Positions 1 through 13,705 of a stretch of DNA of 64,000 nucleotides are shown here, in pieces. A program made the position numbers and the translations under genes. The notes below the pieces were generated by a model. The model made no database searches. It had not been told where the DNA came from and worked only from the letters and a program-made list of their open reading frames with translations. Position 1 is the first letter of the stretch; each line of letters starts with the position of its first letter. This DNA is from Trichoplax sp. H2 (lineage: Eukaryota): positions 310,001-374,000 of the forward strand of contig NOWV01000029.1 of assembly GCA_003344405.1 (NCBI GenBank). The letters run 5' to 3'.

Positions 1-1309
1 TTTATCGATAATATAATTTAGCAATTATAAGTAAATTTACTTATTATAGTCTTTAAACACATCAATGTGGACAATTTGACATATTATTAATATTTTTAGC
101 TGTAAAGCGTAATTTATTCTTTTCTACTGAAATCTGAATAAGTATCAACTGATTTTGTTTAGACTTGATCCTTCAAAGAAAAGGCTGTAGCTCGATTATA
201 AATTAGGTTGCTGTCGACATTACTGTTGATCGTAATGTATATAAAAAAGGCTGTTCCAAATCATAACAAACATTATTTAAAATGATTCCTGATATTTCGA
301 TTCTGTAGCATTACCAAAACATGGGCATCTTACTGATAAGTATGTACATAAGTATGAGCTAATAATGAATTACATGTACTATTAGTTATTTTCAATGTAA
401 AGTAGGACTTTCCGAACTGTACCTTAAAAAGTTTACAGTGACTTGTAACAAATATTTTTTGATAGCAACCAGATTGAAGAGAAGCGTGTCATCATATCAA
501 GCTATAAAAGTAGTCATTATAAATCGAAAAATTGAACCTGCTTCTTATTTCCTCATATTTAAAATTGCAACGTACTCTGTTATTAAAAGCCAATTCTTAA
601 TTAAAACATCATTTGAATGTTGATCGTGGTTTTAATTCTTTAACTAATTTATTGTAACAAGCGATCGAATGCAACAAACATTAAGATTACTATCAATTAA
701 TCTTAATTCATAAGTGTAGATATCCAGTCACTTTTATTATACCTCTTTGCTAAGAAAGAATTATAAATGTTTTACTATAACTAAGTTGCAATCTTCGATC
801 AAAAGGCAGCAGTTAATGATGAGTAGTGTAAAAGGTTTGAGCAAGTTATGTATTATGTCTAAAATGTATAACTGAGTTGCTGAAAGAATTAAATGACTGC
901 GACTAAGAAAGATAATTTAATTGCATCAGATTCAAGCAAATATGATAATTTTAATAATCGTCGATAACTTGACTGATTGCTGATGCTCAAGTTTCGATGA
1001 TTAAATTAATTATCGGATTTGTAGCTACAAGCTACTTACAAAAATTCGGTTATAGACATAATGATGACTTGCATATGATAAACTAAAACCAATCTGAAAC
1101 TGCTTGTCTTTTTAAAAGGAAGGATCGATGATGCCTAGTAACATAAATCGATTAATTGTATACAACAGATATAGAAGGCATAGGCCTAAATATTCAGCTC
1201 GTTCCCTATATGTTTAATTTTGTTTGCATATTTCTCATACTATATAGAAGAATAGAAACTGAAAATTTTTGATATCGCCCTTAATGCAATATTTTTACAC
1301 TATCAACCT

Positions 1310-1560
1310 GATGGTTGATTATAGTACGTATAATAATTATAGAAATAGGCTGTTGGTTGATTACAGTTCATATAGAAATAGGTGGTAAAGTGAATAAGTG
1401 CAGTATTGAATAGAGATGGAATTTTACATAGAAAAGAAGCTGAAAGTCTTAATATTGCCTTTATTCGGCATTTTACACTATCCATTTACTAGTTGATTAC
1501 ATTATATAGAGAAATAAGTGATAAAGTGAATAAGTACAGCGTTGAATGTAAACGTAATTA
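1310..1560. repeat. Short local duplications downstream of the C1orf109-like gene
   Basis: AGAAATAGGTGGTAAAGTGAATAAGTGCAG (~1374) recurs as AGAAATAAGTGATAAAGTGAATAAGTACAG (~1511); GTTGATTA(C/T)A recurs at ~1315, ~1356 and ~1492. Confidence 0.6.
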
Positions 1561-1660
1561 TTGATGTAAATATAGTGAAGTCTGTACATTAATTAATTAT
1601 GTTTCGTTGAAACCATAGCATGATAACATTACTATAATTATCATTCATAAGAAACCTATC

Positions 1661-3347
1661 TTAAAATGCTTTGGATAAGAAAACGCCAATTTGTTCTCTA
1701 GCATCTAAATAGAAAAGGTTAGCAGTGTTATCAATAATTAGCTTACAAGTAATCAGGAAGGCATGCCTCGGAGAGAAGCGATTTATGCATACCTTTTAAA
1801 TAGTGAATACAATCATTTTCATTCCATAATTCCTGCATAGTATTGATGGTATCAATATCCTCATAATTTATATCATGTAGTGCTCGCTTCTTCGTGAGGT
1901 ACCTATTTAATATATTTATGAAATTATCATTTCTTTCTAATAAGAACTACAGTTAATAATAACATAGACAAGATGGCAATGATTCAATCGACTCTCTAAC
2001 ATTAGCCAAGACAAGACTTTATTATAATGCAGTGAACATCACTTTTATAAAATTATTTACAATATCGTCTACGAAATAATATAATCACTGTACCAGTTGT
2101 AATAAAATCGTTCTATCTCCTCTAACCAATCGAGAAGATCAACAAGGGCAGGACATGTAGCAGTTGGCATAACAGCATCCTGCAGCTGAATTTCATCTGC
2201 ATGTATAGGAAATGCATGTATCCTAAGTTTGTTTTCAACATACAAAAATTGCTAGAGATAAAATATCATGTAAGCTTACCTGCATATTTCTGGTATATAC
2301 TAAAAGCAGATGCTTTAAATCTTGCAATGGTATTAGTAATATCGTTACATGTCATCCTATTAATAGTGAGATACGATTAGAACAATTAGTTTGATAGGAA
2401 AAAATTATAATGACAACGGACCTAAAGTGCTCAACATCAAAAATAAGCAGTTATTCATTTGATAGGACGATAGTAAGGATTGATACACGAACAAATATTC
2501 CATTTTATGCATGTATTTATTTTACAATAAATAACTTTTATTAATGTTTTGAGATAAATTATAATACATAACCAATTAAGGAAATTGATTTACTGTCATT
2601 GCAAGACGATAGGCAACTCATACTACCATAACTAGTGCAATGATTTTTGTTTCAATTCTGATCGACTAGACGTATCAACTTGCGCAAATTATCTACTACC
2701 AATAGTTAATCTAGTCTGTACTGTATATTCATTAAGGAGAGTAGCAATACGATCATCTTCCTTGGAATAGATATATATTCAAACGCTTATAAGTATTTAC
2801 TATAATTTGATCATCAATCATTTTATTAATTTTATCATCTTCGTCAAGTGCTAGTCTAATCCATCCATTTATTAAAGAGAGTTCGAATATACTTATCTCT
2901 ATTAAAATATTAAAGATCCACAAGGATCTACTATATTTTGACTCTATATATGTATATATAATACGTGAACACAGTATCAATGTGTCTAATTGACCTATAG
3001 AGATATTTTACATACGAAGAAACAATTTGCACGATCAGTATGGATCCCTTACTATCTCCACATTACAAGGTCGTCACTTACAAATCAGTCTTCAAGGCAT
3101 TCATCAAGGCTTCCATAGCTTGAACTTGCTTATAATTTAGACGGATAATTAAATCTTGAAATTGACCTAGTTGCGTTTTTTGCCATAATCCTTTTTGATC
3201 GCAAGTCCTTGTAGCCTGGAGTTGATCAGCAAGATTGGTCAAAGATTGTAGACATTTCTTGGAGCTATTGTGTGCAGCTTCCCATAGCACCAATTGATCT
3301 AGAACTTTCCTATAGATAGGCTGTAATTGCTTCAAGCAATAATCCAT
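1661..3347 (-). CDS. C1orf109: C1orf109/AIRIM-like (AFG2-interacting ribosome maturation factor), 5 coding exons, 199 aa
   Basis: Exons 3347-3082, 2356-2280, 2196-2094, 1902-1793, 1704-1661; all GT-AG, phases consistent, 600 nt in total. Peptides LQSLTNLADQLQA, FQDLIIRLNYKQ and PTATCPALVDLLDWLEEIERFY resemble human C1orf109 (LSSLSNLAEQLQA, FPDLKERLRRKQ, PSAVSPSVADMLEWLQDIERHY). Confidence 0.85.
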
Positions 3348-3725
3348 GATACATTCCTGAACGTGTTCTACCCTCTAATCTTCTCAATTTAGCAATAAAT
3401 TCACTCATTGGAGCCCATTTTCACCAATCGATTGCACTTTCCAGCTAGCCAGAATTTTTGGAGGTGCTGGTTCGCTGAGGAACGCCAGCAATAAACTATA
3501 CAGTAACGAGCTTTGTGTACGATACCGTAGTAATTTTACCATACTGTACAATACTGTGCAAAATGAAAGGTCAACGTTACACCGAGTCAGGCGTCTCTTT
3601 ATATTGAATAGATAAGATGATACCACTAGAATGAGAAAGAGGGTGACATCTTACTTTGCACGAGATCCCATATACACATACAATTGCTCTGGATCAGAGG
3701 ACCCCCACACTCGATAACTTCGACT
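3348..3725. promoter_or_regulatory. Probable bidirectional promoter and 5' UTRs between the C1orf109-like gene and ZFAND1
   Basis: Only 378 bp separate the divergent ATGs (3347 on -, 3726 on +); the stretch is GC-richer than its flanks; CCAAT at ~3424. Confidence 0.65.
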
Positions 3726-6700
3726 ATGGATATCGGCCAACATTGCCATTGGAAGGAATGCAATCGACTTGGTAAGTAGAAATAACTAGCAATCCATTTG
3801 ATTTTGCGCCCAGAAATGAGCACAGTAGGAATAAATTGTTCCCATCTGGATAGAATATCATTCTGATGGTCATGATTGAGGGTTTGATTGGCATTATTTT
3901 ATAGATTTTCTACCGTTTACATGCCCTAGATGCTCAGCAATATTTTGGTAAGAATGAATGAAATTTTCTGCTGGCAATAGAATCATTCAATCATAGCGTA
4001 GAATATAGATCTATTCCATCATCTTAGATCGTCCTATTCATATGATTATTGTTACTAGGATAAGATGGCAGTTTCTTGATGTTGTATTCTTCTGCATCGT
4101 AGTCTCTCACGCTTATTTATGAATATCATTTCCTGTAATTCTATAAAGTTACTTTTCTTTATTATAACAAAATCTGCTCTACTATGGTAACTCCATTCAG
4201 CGTGTAAATCTTACAAGAATTTATAATACTGTAACAGATTTATTACTGATTCTCTAACGATTGAGATACGATGTAATAGTACAACAAGCTCTAACAGACA
4301 AGGAAAAACTTCTTACAACAGCAAATCTTAGAAAAGAAGGACTAAGAACAATAACAACAGAAGAAAACGTAGATAGATACAATACATTACCTAACCTGTT
4401 TAGAACATAAAGATTGCGAATAAAGATCGCTCAACACTTATGGAATTTAGTAGGAGAACGAAATTTCTATCATTAGTATTGCATTCTATGAAGCTGAAAT
4501 CAATATACTTGAATGATCATAAACATTGCTTATATATACCTATTAATTACTGTCAACAGCCCTAGATGTGGTATTATTATATTTAAGTTATATCTAATTT
4601 ACTTCTATATAACATGCTGACAACAATAACTTATCCAATAGCTTCACTACATTCAAGTACATATTCTTTCTTCAAATCAAATAGCAAGGATCACATCCAA
4701 TTCGATACTCATCAATGCCCAAATCAGGTTTTTATCAATAATATTTATTTTAAATACTAAGACATCAATTAGGCTAGACAGACTCAAGCATTTGTTCACT
4801 GAAAGGAATATGATTTTAATTCATATACAGCATGTTATCTGGATCTACTGTTGATTTAGCTTTAAAAGAGCTCTATTTGTATAGATATGATCAAAAAATA
4901 GCTATTGGACGTACTTAAATTCTAATCTTCAGATAAATATTGGTTGCTAGTATTATCTATTCGACTGGACTTCTGTAATTGGATTACGTGTAATAAATTC
5001 ATGATCTTACTGCTGATACAGACAATATGTGAATTGCATAAGCAAAAATTGTGCTATTAATGAAAGACTACTTTACCAGCTCTCCTACAGTATTATTGCA
5101 ATGATTGCTCTTAACTACATTTACGATACATTCTTTCATATTACCAATGGCAGACGACGTATAATAATAGTTGTAATTTATCATTTCTTAACTTGTTAGT
5201 GCTTGAAGTATATTTCTGAACAACTACCGACTTGAATACAGGTAGATATTTTTATATCCCACTGAAACTTTTTAAATGTCTGTGCAGGTTGATAATGTGC
5301 TGGAAACACTTCCTAGTCAACTATTACCCGAATCGAAGTGTTCTATGAATGATTGCAATCAAATTTCAACAGTATGGGTAGAATGTGAAGATTGCAAGAA
5401 ATTATTTTGTCTCAAGTAAGTTTTGCCTTACCAACAGCACTATATATTAGAGTTCCTATAAAAGTTAAAATAATATCTCATCTAATACAACTGTTTTCGA
5501 AACCATCATATCAAATGATTAGGCATCGAAATCAACTTGATCATAATTGCATCAACTTGAAGAAAGAAGATGATAAAATACAAATTAAACCTCAAATAAA
5601 TGTAAACACTAACACCGGTACTAATAAGAGAAAAGGTCAATAAACAATATCACTCTACTTTAACACATTACTACTTTACGTTTATTCGTTAGCTATTTAC
5701 AAATTATCCAATTTGGTATATCATTCTAGCCAAATGGTAGAATCAAAATTAGTCTGGCAGTGTTTTGAAATGATTAAATAATCCGTTTCTATCAATGTGT
5801 ATGCCCTATCTAGGGCCCATGAGTGAAAAAGGAAAGAAAACTGCTACTATTATCTCTGCAATGAAGCTTAAAATGAAAGCAACCGGAAGTTCTAGTATAC
5901 CACAGGTAATTCATCTTAAATGTCCTTACATATTACTGATTTCTAACTCACCAACCCGTAAAAAACATTAGTTTAAATGTAAAGATTGCACTACATTATT
6001 TAGTAAGCCCTGATCACGTTCGTTGCCTGATACATTGTGATTCTAATTCGAAGCAAAAGATAAATAGCTCGAGGTCTTTCTAATTGAAAGATTAACTCTT
6101 ACTCCACTTAAAAGAAAGATTATATCTTGATTTAATGTTACCAAGTAGACTAGAATAATTTTCGCAAACATTACAATACATTACTCAGAAAATACTGGCC
6201 ACAGTAATTTATTCGATGCATTATAATTCCGGTTCAAAGCGTAAACATAGAATAAATAGCTCAAGATCCATCTAACAGAAAAGCTCCTTTTTACGTCAAT
6301 ATATAGGAGGAAAGATTATATTTTAATATTGTATTACCAGATGGACAGAAAATTCCAATGTTCTTTTCTTCGGTATGTACTGTACATTACGATATATATA
6401 CGTATACAAAAAATTTACTTGCTAAACTAAAAGAACAAGTAATTCAATTTTGATTACGACAATCTAGAAATGGGCAGGTGGTAAGGTCCTAGACAATATT
6501 CTTTACCATAGAAAAACTCTGGGCTCTAACTCTAAGGTAAACAAATACTTTAACTAGAACGTGGCCACCCTATCTAAGAATAACATTTTAATGGATTATT
6601 TTAAAATTTTATACTTTGAGATGCCTTTTATCCTGTAATACGTAAGCGAATTGGCACTAAATCACTTAGCTTCGATTGTAATTGTGCGTAAATTGGGTGT

Positions 6701-6860
6701 TTGTGCAATCTCAGGGTTAATTAAATTTCCTTTCTGAGTGCAGATATTCAAGCTACGCCATAATGAATCTCAAAACTATGTTGATCTAAACAAATCTCTT
6801 CAAAGTCAAGAAATTGAAAGCGGTGGCACGATAGCCCTGATTTCGAATATAGCCCCATGA
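3726..6860 (+). CDS. ZFAND1: AN1-type zinc finger protein 1 (two AN1 fingers plus C-terminal ubiquitin-like domain), 9 coding exons
   Basis: Exons 3726-3771, 3905-3947, 4685-4727, 5288-5415, 5523-5635, 5814-5905, 6307-6372, 6468-6536, 6744-6860, all GT-AG. Spliced peptide MDIGQHCHWKECNRLDFLPFTCPRCSAIFCKDHIQFDTHQCP...CEDCKKLFCLKHRNQLDHNC...AMKLKMKATGSSSIPQEERLYFNIVLP...PMFFSSKW matches ZFAND1 (LDIGQHC, DFLPF, MKLKMHADGD, ERIYF, PMFF). The ORF track catches only exon 5. Confidence 0.92.
6029..6160 (+). pseudogene. Decayed intronic copy of ZFAND1 exon 7 and its upstream intron (pseudo-exon)
   Basis: 6111-6158 reads KERLYLDLMLPSRLE*, versus true exon 7 EERLYFNIVLPDGQK. The flanking TAAATAGCTC occurs at 6061 and 6253 (offset ~190 bp). 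The AG acceptor has become AA and there is an in-frame TAA. Confidence 0.7.
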
Positions 6861-7802
6861 CTTCAGTTTAGCATTCTTGTTGGAATTAGTTTACATAATC
6901 AAATTTATTTATATATTTTGACGAAGAAATCAATCATACTAGCATTTACGATAAATTCTAAACATTTTTTCTGAAGATAAATGTATATATATATATATAC
7001 CAGTTATCATCGTCATTGCTAACGTTAAAGTCAATCACTTTTAAATGTACTTAACGAGAAAGAAAGCTACAAGTCAGATTTCAAGCAACCTTATCTTCTC
7101 GGTAATGCATGATTAATCTGCGAATGCAGTAGATGCGACTACTGTGGATTTACTATAAAAATATAAATATCGTATAATTTCATGAATTGTTTTCGTGGGT
7201 ATAGAAGAAATTTATGCTAGGATTATACGCTATTTTCTTCCACCAACTATCCATTATAATCGTGACATTTTAATCTAATTTACTTTATAAGTTTAAGAAA
7301 TACCGTAACGAAAGACTACGGTTGTTACTGTCTTTTGTACTGTCATACTTGTTATCAATAGCCAACCAAATGAATACAAGATTTAAAATTTGGAGACAAT
7401 TTTCTCATTTTTAAATTTAATCTTAATAAAAACTCATTTGAACAAAGTGTAAATTGCTGTCTAAGGTTAATAGTGATACGAAATCCATCTGTAGCATAAA
7501 ATAGAATTATCTTGTAAATATAATCATAACGTACGACTTGACAGATTAACTAATAACTAAGATTAGTAACTGTAATTACTTAATTAATTAAACAACAAAT
7601 AGATGTTGATGCTCCATAAGATTTATACGCATCCACAGTCTGTGAAAAGCTAGCATAACAAATCAGCTTACATTTCTTTATAACAATCCTGCGATAAATT
7701 GAAAATTTCTATCATTTCTTTTCATATAACTAATATACTACTATGCAGATATCTAAATCGTGATCTATCAACTTGAGTGAGTGAAGGGGTGACAAACAAC
7801 TG

Positions 7803-10800
7803 TTACACCGAAACAAGAGAAGGCATGTTTACAAAATCAGTTCCACTACGAAACATGAAGCCCAATGTAACCAAAACGCCAACACCCCAAAAAAGGACGT
7901 AACCAAATTGTAATTGTAAGTTTGCTAACATAAATAAAAATGAAATTATAGCAATTAGATTAATATTAGCAAAATAACTGCGTAGTGCACGATAACATAA
8001 AAAGTGCCTTTATGTAGCTTGAACTTTCAAGATTTCATGATATGTAAATACATCCGTATATCATTACTAGAGCATTAGCCAATATACATTAAGACTCACT
8101 TTCCGGAATAACCAGCGATATCATTAGCATGGAAAGGCAAAATAGTATTATCAAAGGCAACTACACAATCAAAACAAAAATAAAAATGTCAGTACTCTGA
8201 CCCACTATCCAATAAGATCTATGAACTAACGATCACATAAAACAATTGAATTCTAACCACAAGTCTACGTCTTTGTCCCTTCTTCAATGGGGAGGGGAAA
8301 TCAATGCCTTCTCTTACATTCACATTATAAGTACCTAGAAGTAATGCTAAAGAATCCTAGGAGACATAAACAAAAATTGTACAAAGTGTTAGAATAGTCT
8401 ATAACACGATGCAATTTTAATTAGCTAGAAAACATCATTACTAGTCTAAATCCATCTGTAAAATTATTCTTATAATATCTCGTAGCAGAATTAACGAAAT
8501 CATTGAACGCTCCAGCAACTGTACGTTTTCCAGTTCTATAAACGGTCGGAAGAGATAGATAAGTTGATTAGTTATTCAATCAGGACCGTCAATAAAAATC
8601 CTTAAAGTTAAACTAAAGCGACAGAATACGTAATAGAGATTACCGAGTAAAGTCTGTTTTTAAAGCTCCAGTTCCACTGTATTGGGTACTAACAGTATTT
8701 GCATTGTCCGCCCAGGCTATACCATAATGTAATAAAATACTAGTTAATGATAAATAATGTTTATTTGATAAAATGTCAGATTTATTATATGGAAATAATT
8801 TAGACTTGAGAAAATCTTACCGTTCATATAAACGTTTTGAAATTCTTTCTGATCAGACAATTTCTCTCCGCTACTTAAGATCCCCAGTCGCTAATTCAAT
8901 TTTAAATTAAATTTTATTTATTAAAGAATTTCTAAACTGATTTAATAAAGCACTCTCCTCTATGAAAGATATCAAAAAACCTGTAGTTGATCTTGAACAG
9001 AAAGATGCGCTAACATACTTTGTACTACGTTAGTTCTGAAATAATATATTACAGCACAAAATTAGAAAGAACTATAAGATAAAACTGATTGATCTAGACA
9101 TCTGTTACCTGTCCAGACAATCAATGCAATTAGTTCTGAATGCCCCTGTTTGAGCGCTAACAACTGATCCATCATTTCGAACCATAAAATAACCATATCG
9201 AACTCGATCGCTCTCCAAGCGATCTAATAGTATTGAAAGCTTTTCATATTTCATATTCTTACACTCATGATGAAAATCGAATGCCTCGTACCTAACAGCA
9301 GATGATACATTATAACCTTATCATAAGTCTGACCGAGACAATTAAATTAGATTACAACATTTTTCAGATTACAGCTTAAATTGCTTTTACCTCACTTCTT
9401 TATAATTGATTTGTTCAACAACTCCTTTGTAAGCGATACCCAGAGACTGTTCGCTGCCTGTTTGATTAATCTAAAAACAACCCAATCGTCAATCTTTGTA
9501 AATAGACAGCTATCATCATAAAAATAACAATCTTATTTGATAAAAATAGGGTATTTGAGACACATACCAAATCAATTAAAGTTTGATGACCGTATTGAAG
9601 AATTTGCTGATCAAAGTGACGACTGGCAGCTAATCCCTAAAAATCAAATTGACATGTTTCAAAGCGGAAGTACGCTAAATTTATAAATACGCAACTGCAT
9701 AGTAAAACAGATGTACAAAATAGCACTGGTAAATTGCATATATGTAAATCATTAGCGGATTGCAGTACGAGTTTGGCTATAAAATATGTTTATCTAGACA
9801 GTAATAAATCAAAGATTTTCAAATGAATAGTAGTAAAAATAAATTAGATCAGATTTTACAATGTGTGCATATTAAGAACACATGTCAAGAAAATATACTC
9901 AATAATTTATAATTAAACAAAGAAAATAAATCAAAACAGCAATATTACAGTTACACAACGACATACGTGATCAGCGTCAGCCATCACTTCTGGTTTTAGC
10001 TTATATTTCAGATTAGGCCTTTGTTTCCAGAATAAAGGAATAGATCCGCGAATCTAATAAAGACGGTGTAAGCTGTCAAAATTTTACACTATGGATATCG
10101 TTTTCAGTTACGAAATTCAGTGTTTAACCAACTTGAACAAATGATGATTTATTGCCATTGTAGATAATAGCCTGTTCAGTCTCAACATTGTTTGCAACAT
10201 TACCATCCTCATCGATTCCACGGGTGAAATACCGCGTTCCTACAATAATTAGAATTATAATAAAAGTGAATTCTTTCAGTTTTACGATATAACTGCAGTA
10301 ATTATACAGAACTTTTATGCAAAGTCTCTTATAGTCATTTAAGGGATCATCTTCCTAATTTTTTAATTAACCGTCAGTAATTCTTACCAACTCTAAAAAT
10401 GTTCCTCCTTGATATTAATATCATGTCGACAGAGTATCTTTTTATAGTGCATGTTTTAATAAATACAACTACAACCATTGTTAAGGATAAAGTTTGCTTT
10501 ATGCTGACATAGTATGCTAGATGCAATTCAAAAACCTCTTTAACTATAACTACTTAAAAATCTCAACTTCATTTCAAGGATACAGCCACACATAACAGGT
10601 AAGATATATTGTTGTAGCTATATAAATTGAATGAAAAGAGATCCAATATCTTAGATATAACAGTGTCTTGAATAATTTACTACACTTCTACGTAAACTTA
10701 ATTATACATTATTGTACAGTTGATGTAATAACTCGGTCATTTCTATGATCGACGATACTAAGATAAATCTTAAAATGAGGTCAAAAATTACATCAGGTTG

Positions 10801-13705
10801 TGCCATTAGATCTCTTAGAGCGTGGAGATTCCAAACAAATCTATGGTCAGCCTACAAAATTCAGATTAAGCATGAGATATGTCAGCATTAAACCTTCACG
10901 GTTTCATATCAATTAGCTACAGATCTAATTTCTCTGCTTAGAATATGAAAATGGTAAATAATTTTAACCGCATTAACCAAAAATAGTCATACAAAATTGA
11001 GATATTCTATCATCGTATTTCATACCCTTTCATATAAAGCCATACTTTTAAATTCTGGGCTGGTCTTTTGAAGGCGTTGTAATGTGTGTGTAATATCGTA
11101 AGTGTATGAAAAGTAAAGACCCTCCATGCTGCATGCATATTCGAGTAGAGAGACGTAATGCTTGTTTATATTTTGCTGTGAGGAAATGAACAACATTGTA
11201 ACAATTGTCAAATATTTCTTAAAATAAAAATTACACCTTTTCTTTCTTATTAATTTAAAAACAAGTGTAAAGCTAAACAGTATTTTAGGATAAGAACCCA
11301 ATCATTTTTTAGCATCAAAAAGTTTTGTTTTTTACAACTGTCAACTAATACAAGTAGTATCACTGGAGACAGTACAACTTATCCGGTAATTTTTGAAAGG
11401 TTTAATAAAAAAATATTATATCGTTGCTATAGCACAAGACCAAAAGCATCAATTTTTTAGAAAAGCGTGATCAGAATACTGATTTATAGTACCTGCTCTT
11501 CATTTAAATGATAGGTCCCTCTTCTAAACGATAGCACCTCTAATTTGTTTATTTTCCAAATAGTCTCTCCATTAATATCACCAATGCGACTTCTTCCAGT
11601 AATGATAATAAGATATGGACCTAATTAAGTTATGGAAAAATTTGAATTAACAAAACAAGAATTAATGATGTGCGCATAATAATAAATGTAAAATACATAC
11701 TTATTTAGGCATCAAGAAATATAAGCATCACTGCAGTAATAATTAATAACAGTGCAGTACTGAGAGTTTAATTGTGCGACATTTTTATTATCCATAATTG
11801 GTTGATAAATTTAATTATCAGAATTTGAATAGTACCAACTTCATTCTATGTCAGTCTTTGTAACTTAAAAACAGTAATCGAAGGTATTATTTAGCTTCAC
11901 TAAGGATACTGAACGATGATCTTCTAAACTGTATCTATAATATGCAACAGTTACTAATAGTATGAAATTACTGGTTTACATCGATGAAATATCTGGACAA
12001 TAACGTTCCAATGCAGTTAGACAAATGATGATAATATCGATTGCCAGAGTACAACTACACGTACAATCAACACCAAGATCTATATTAAAATTGTATTCTA
12101 ATAAATGACAGCTACATGATATATGTATAACATCAAGAAAGACACTAATTCTCGAAAAGGCAACCTCTATAAATTTTTAATCTCAAACATTTGAATTGCA
12201 TGTTATTCACTTCATCTAGTTACATTAATACTATTGAATTCTTACAAGAAATTAAGTGGATGATACCAAATATACCAAAAATTTCTTTGGATGTTACACT
12301 ACCAGGTATTTCTCCAGTATTTTCTGTAACAAAATGTTTGAATATTTCATTACTTTATTGCAATGGACTACAACATCTATTCAATACTGTAGAAAAAGGA
12401 CAATATAGTTATTCTGTTGGCAATTAATACTACAGTTCATGTCAGCTAATACGATGATAAAATAGTGGTAGAGATAGGTTAGTTTGTTGCCAACTGCATA
12501 TCTTCACGGCTATGCAATTTCTTTATTATGGATGGAGAAATAACTAAATGGTTTACTAACGACCAACCTACTAATCTCATATCTCCATTTATTCTATCAA
12601 TTTCCAACATTTTGGCCATAGGGCCTTTGCCATCGCGAGGCTCAACATAGAATTTATCGTCAGCGATATACCTGTAATACACAATGAAAATAGAGAGATT
12701 AAGTAATAGAAAACGATCCATTGGGTCCTTGAAATATTTAATAGTAGAAATACATTGAAAATGCATTAGATACAAGGCAAGTAATCCTTTATCAATAAAA
12801 TATGAGCCATCATCAGCATGGAGTCTTGATACTCGGTATAAAATGAAAATGAATCAATGGATGATAGCGTCATAGTTAAGAGATGGTAAAATTCAGAATG
12901 ATCAATCCAATGCATGTACAAGAAGAAATAGATTACATATATTTATCTTTTATATTTGAAGAAGTAGATACTAATGTCTATAGGGTAATTGGATTAATTG
13001 TATGAACGGAATGATCATATCAAACAGTGGTGGAGATCTTTCTTAACTTGTGATGTTGTCTATTTCTCTCCTATTGTCAACATTCTATTTTTCTTCGATA
13101 GTTGTAAAATCAATAGGAATTGATTTCCTATTGATTTTACACCGGTTGAATATCAATATCGTCCAACCTAGGCAGACTACTTTTGGCGTACATAGCAAGC
13201 ATGAAAGGCTATCACCATCCATGATAACAGTATGTAAACCATGGCTAAGACATACAGATCCGATCTAATGCAAAAATACCAGTCGATTTTAGCCATCAGT
13301 CTGTGATTCATTGACGTCCTGATGGATTGGTCAATTGGTCAAAAGAACGGACGATTGATATTGCTTATCCTTTTTCACCGATTGGCATGGATGGTAATGC
13401 GTCCATTTTCAATCCTAACCTACACACGATGTAGGAAATCGTACCCTAACACTTTCTATTGATAAACAAATTGCTTAAGCCTTGTCTCTACTCTACTTGT
13501 CGATGATGTAATCGATGACGATGATGATGATGATGATGAAAATCAAGTTGTCAAATCAACATCCATAATTGTCCAAGTGGACGCCATGCAAGCTTGCTGA
13601 TGTCAGATTTATGGACTACGATCATTTGCGCCATGTTGCATTCATTTTATAATCCATTGATAGACTAAGATAGACTTACAAGCGTAGATTCTGGTAGCAC
13701 TGCAT
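7803..13705 (-). CDS. SACM1L: Phosphatidylinositol-4-phosphate phosphatase SAC1, about 20 coding exons
   Basis: Exon 1 (13705-13680, MQCYQNLRL) splices to [10 protein letters not shown]. Downstream exons give [60 protein letters not shown], an intact CX5RT catalytic motif [37 protein letters not shown] and two C-terminal hydrophobic helices. Stop TAA at 7805-7803. Confidence 0.96.
10469..10583 (-). other. U12-type (minor spliceosome) GT-AG intron in SAC1
   Basis: On the minus strand the donor is GTATCCTT (10583-10576), the branch site is TCCTTAAC (10487-10480) about 10 nt before the AG, and there is no polypyrimidine tract. Splicing restores LPVMCG-F-VFIK. Confidence 0.93.
13512..13538 (+). 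repeat. (GAT)n microsatellite in SAC1 intron 1
   Basis: GATGACGATGATGATGATGATGATGA. Confidence 0.7.

Noticed and set aside
163..190. Possible terminal exon of an upstream plus-strand gene (TTTGTTTAG|A CTT GAT CCT TCA AAG AAA AGG CTG TAG, LDPSKKRL*)
   Set aside because: Good acceptor, but only 8 codons and no upstream exon is visible in the window, so it cannot be supported.
13561..13645. Alternative SAC1 starts (ATGGCG at ~13587 and ~13634 on the minus strand)
   Set aside because: Both hit stops before a suitable donor. The 13705 ATG gives MQCYQNLRL with a phase-correct GTAAGT donor that matches the SAC1 N-terminus.
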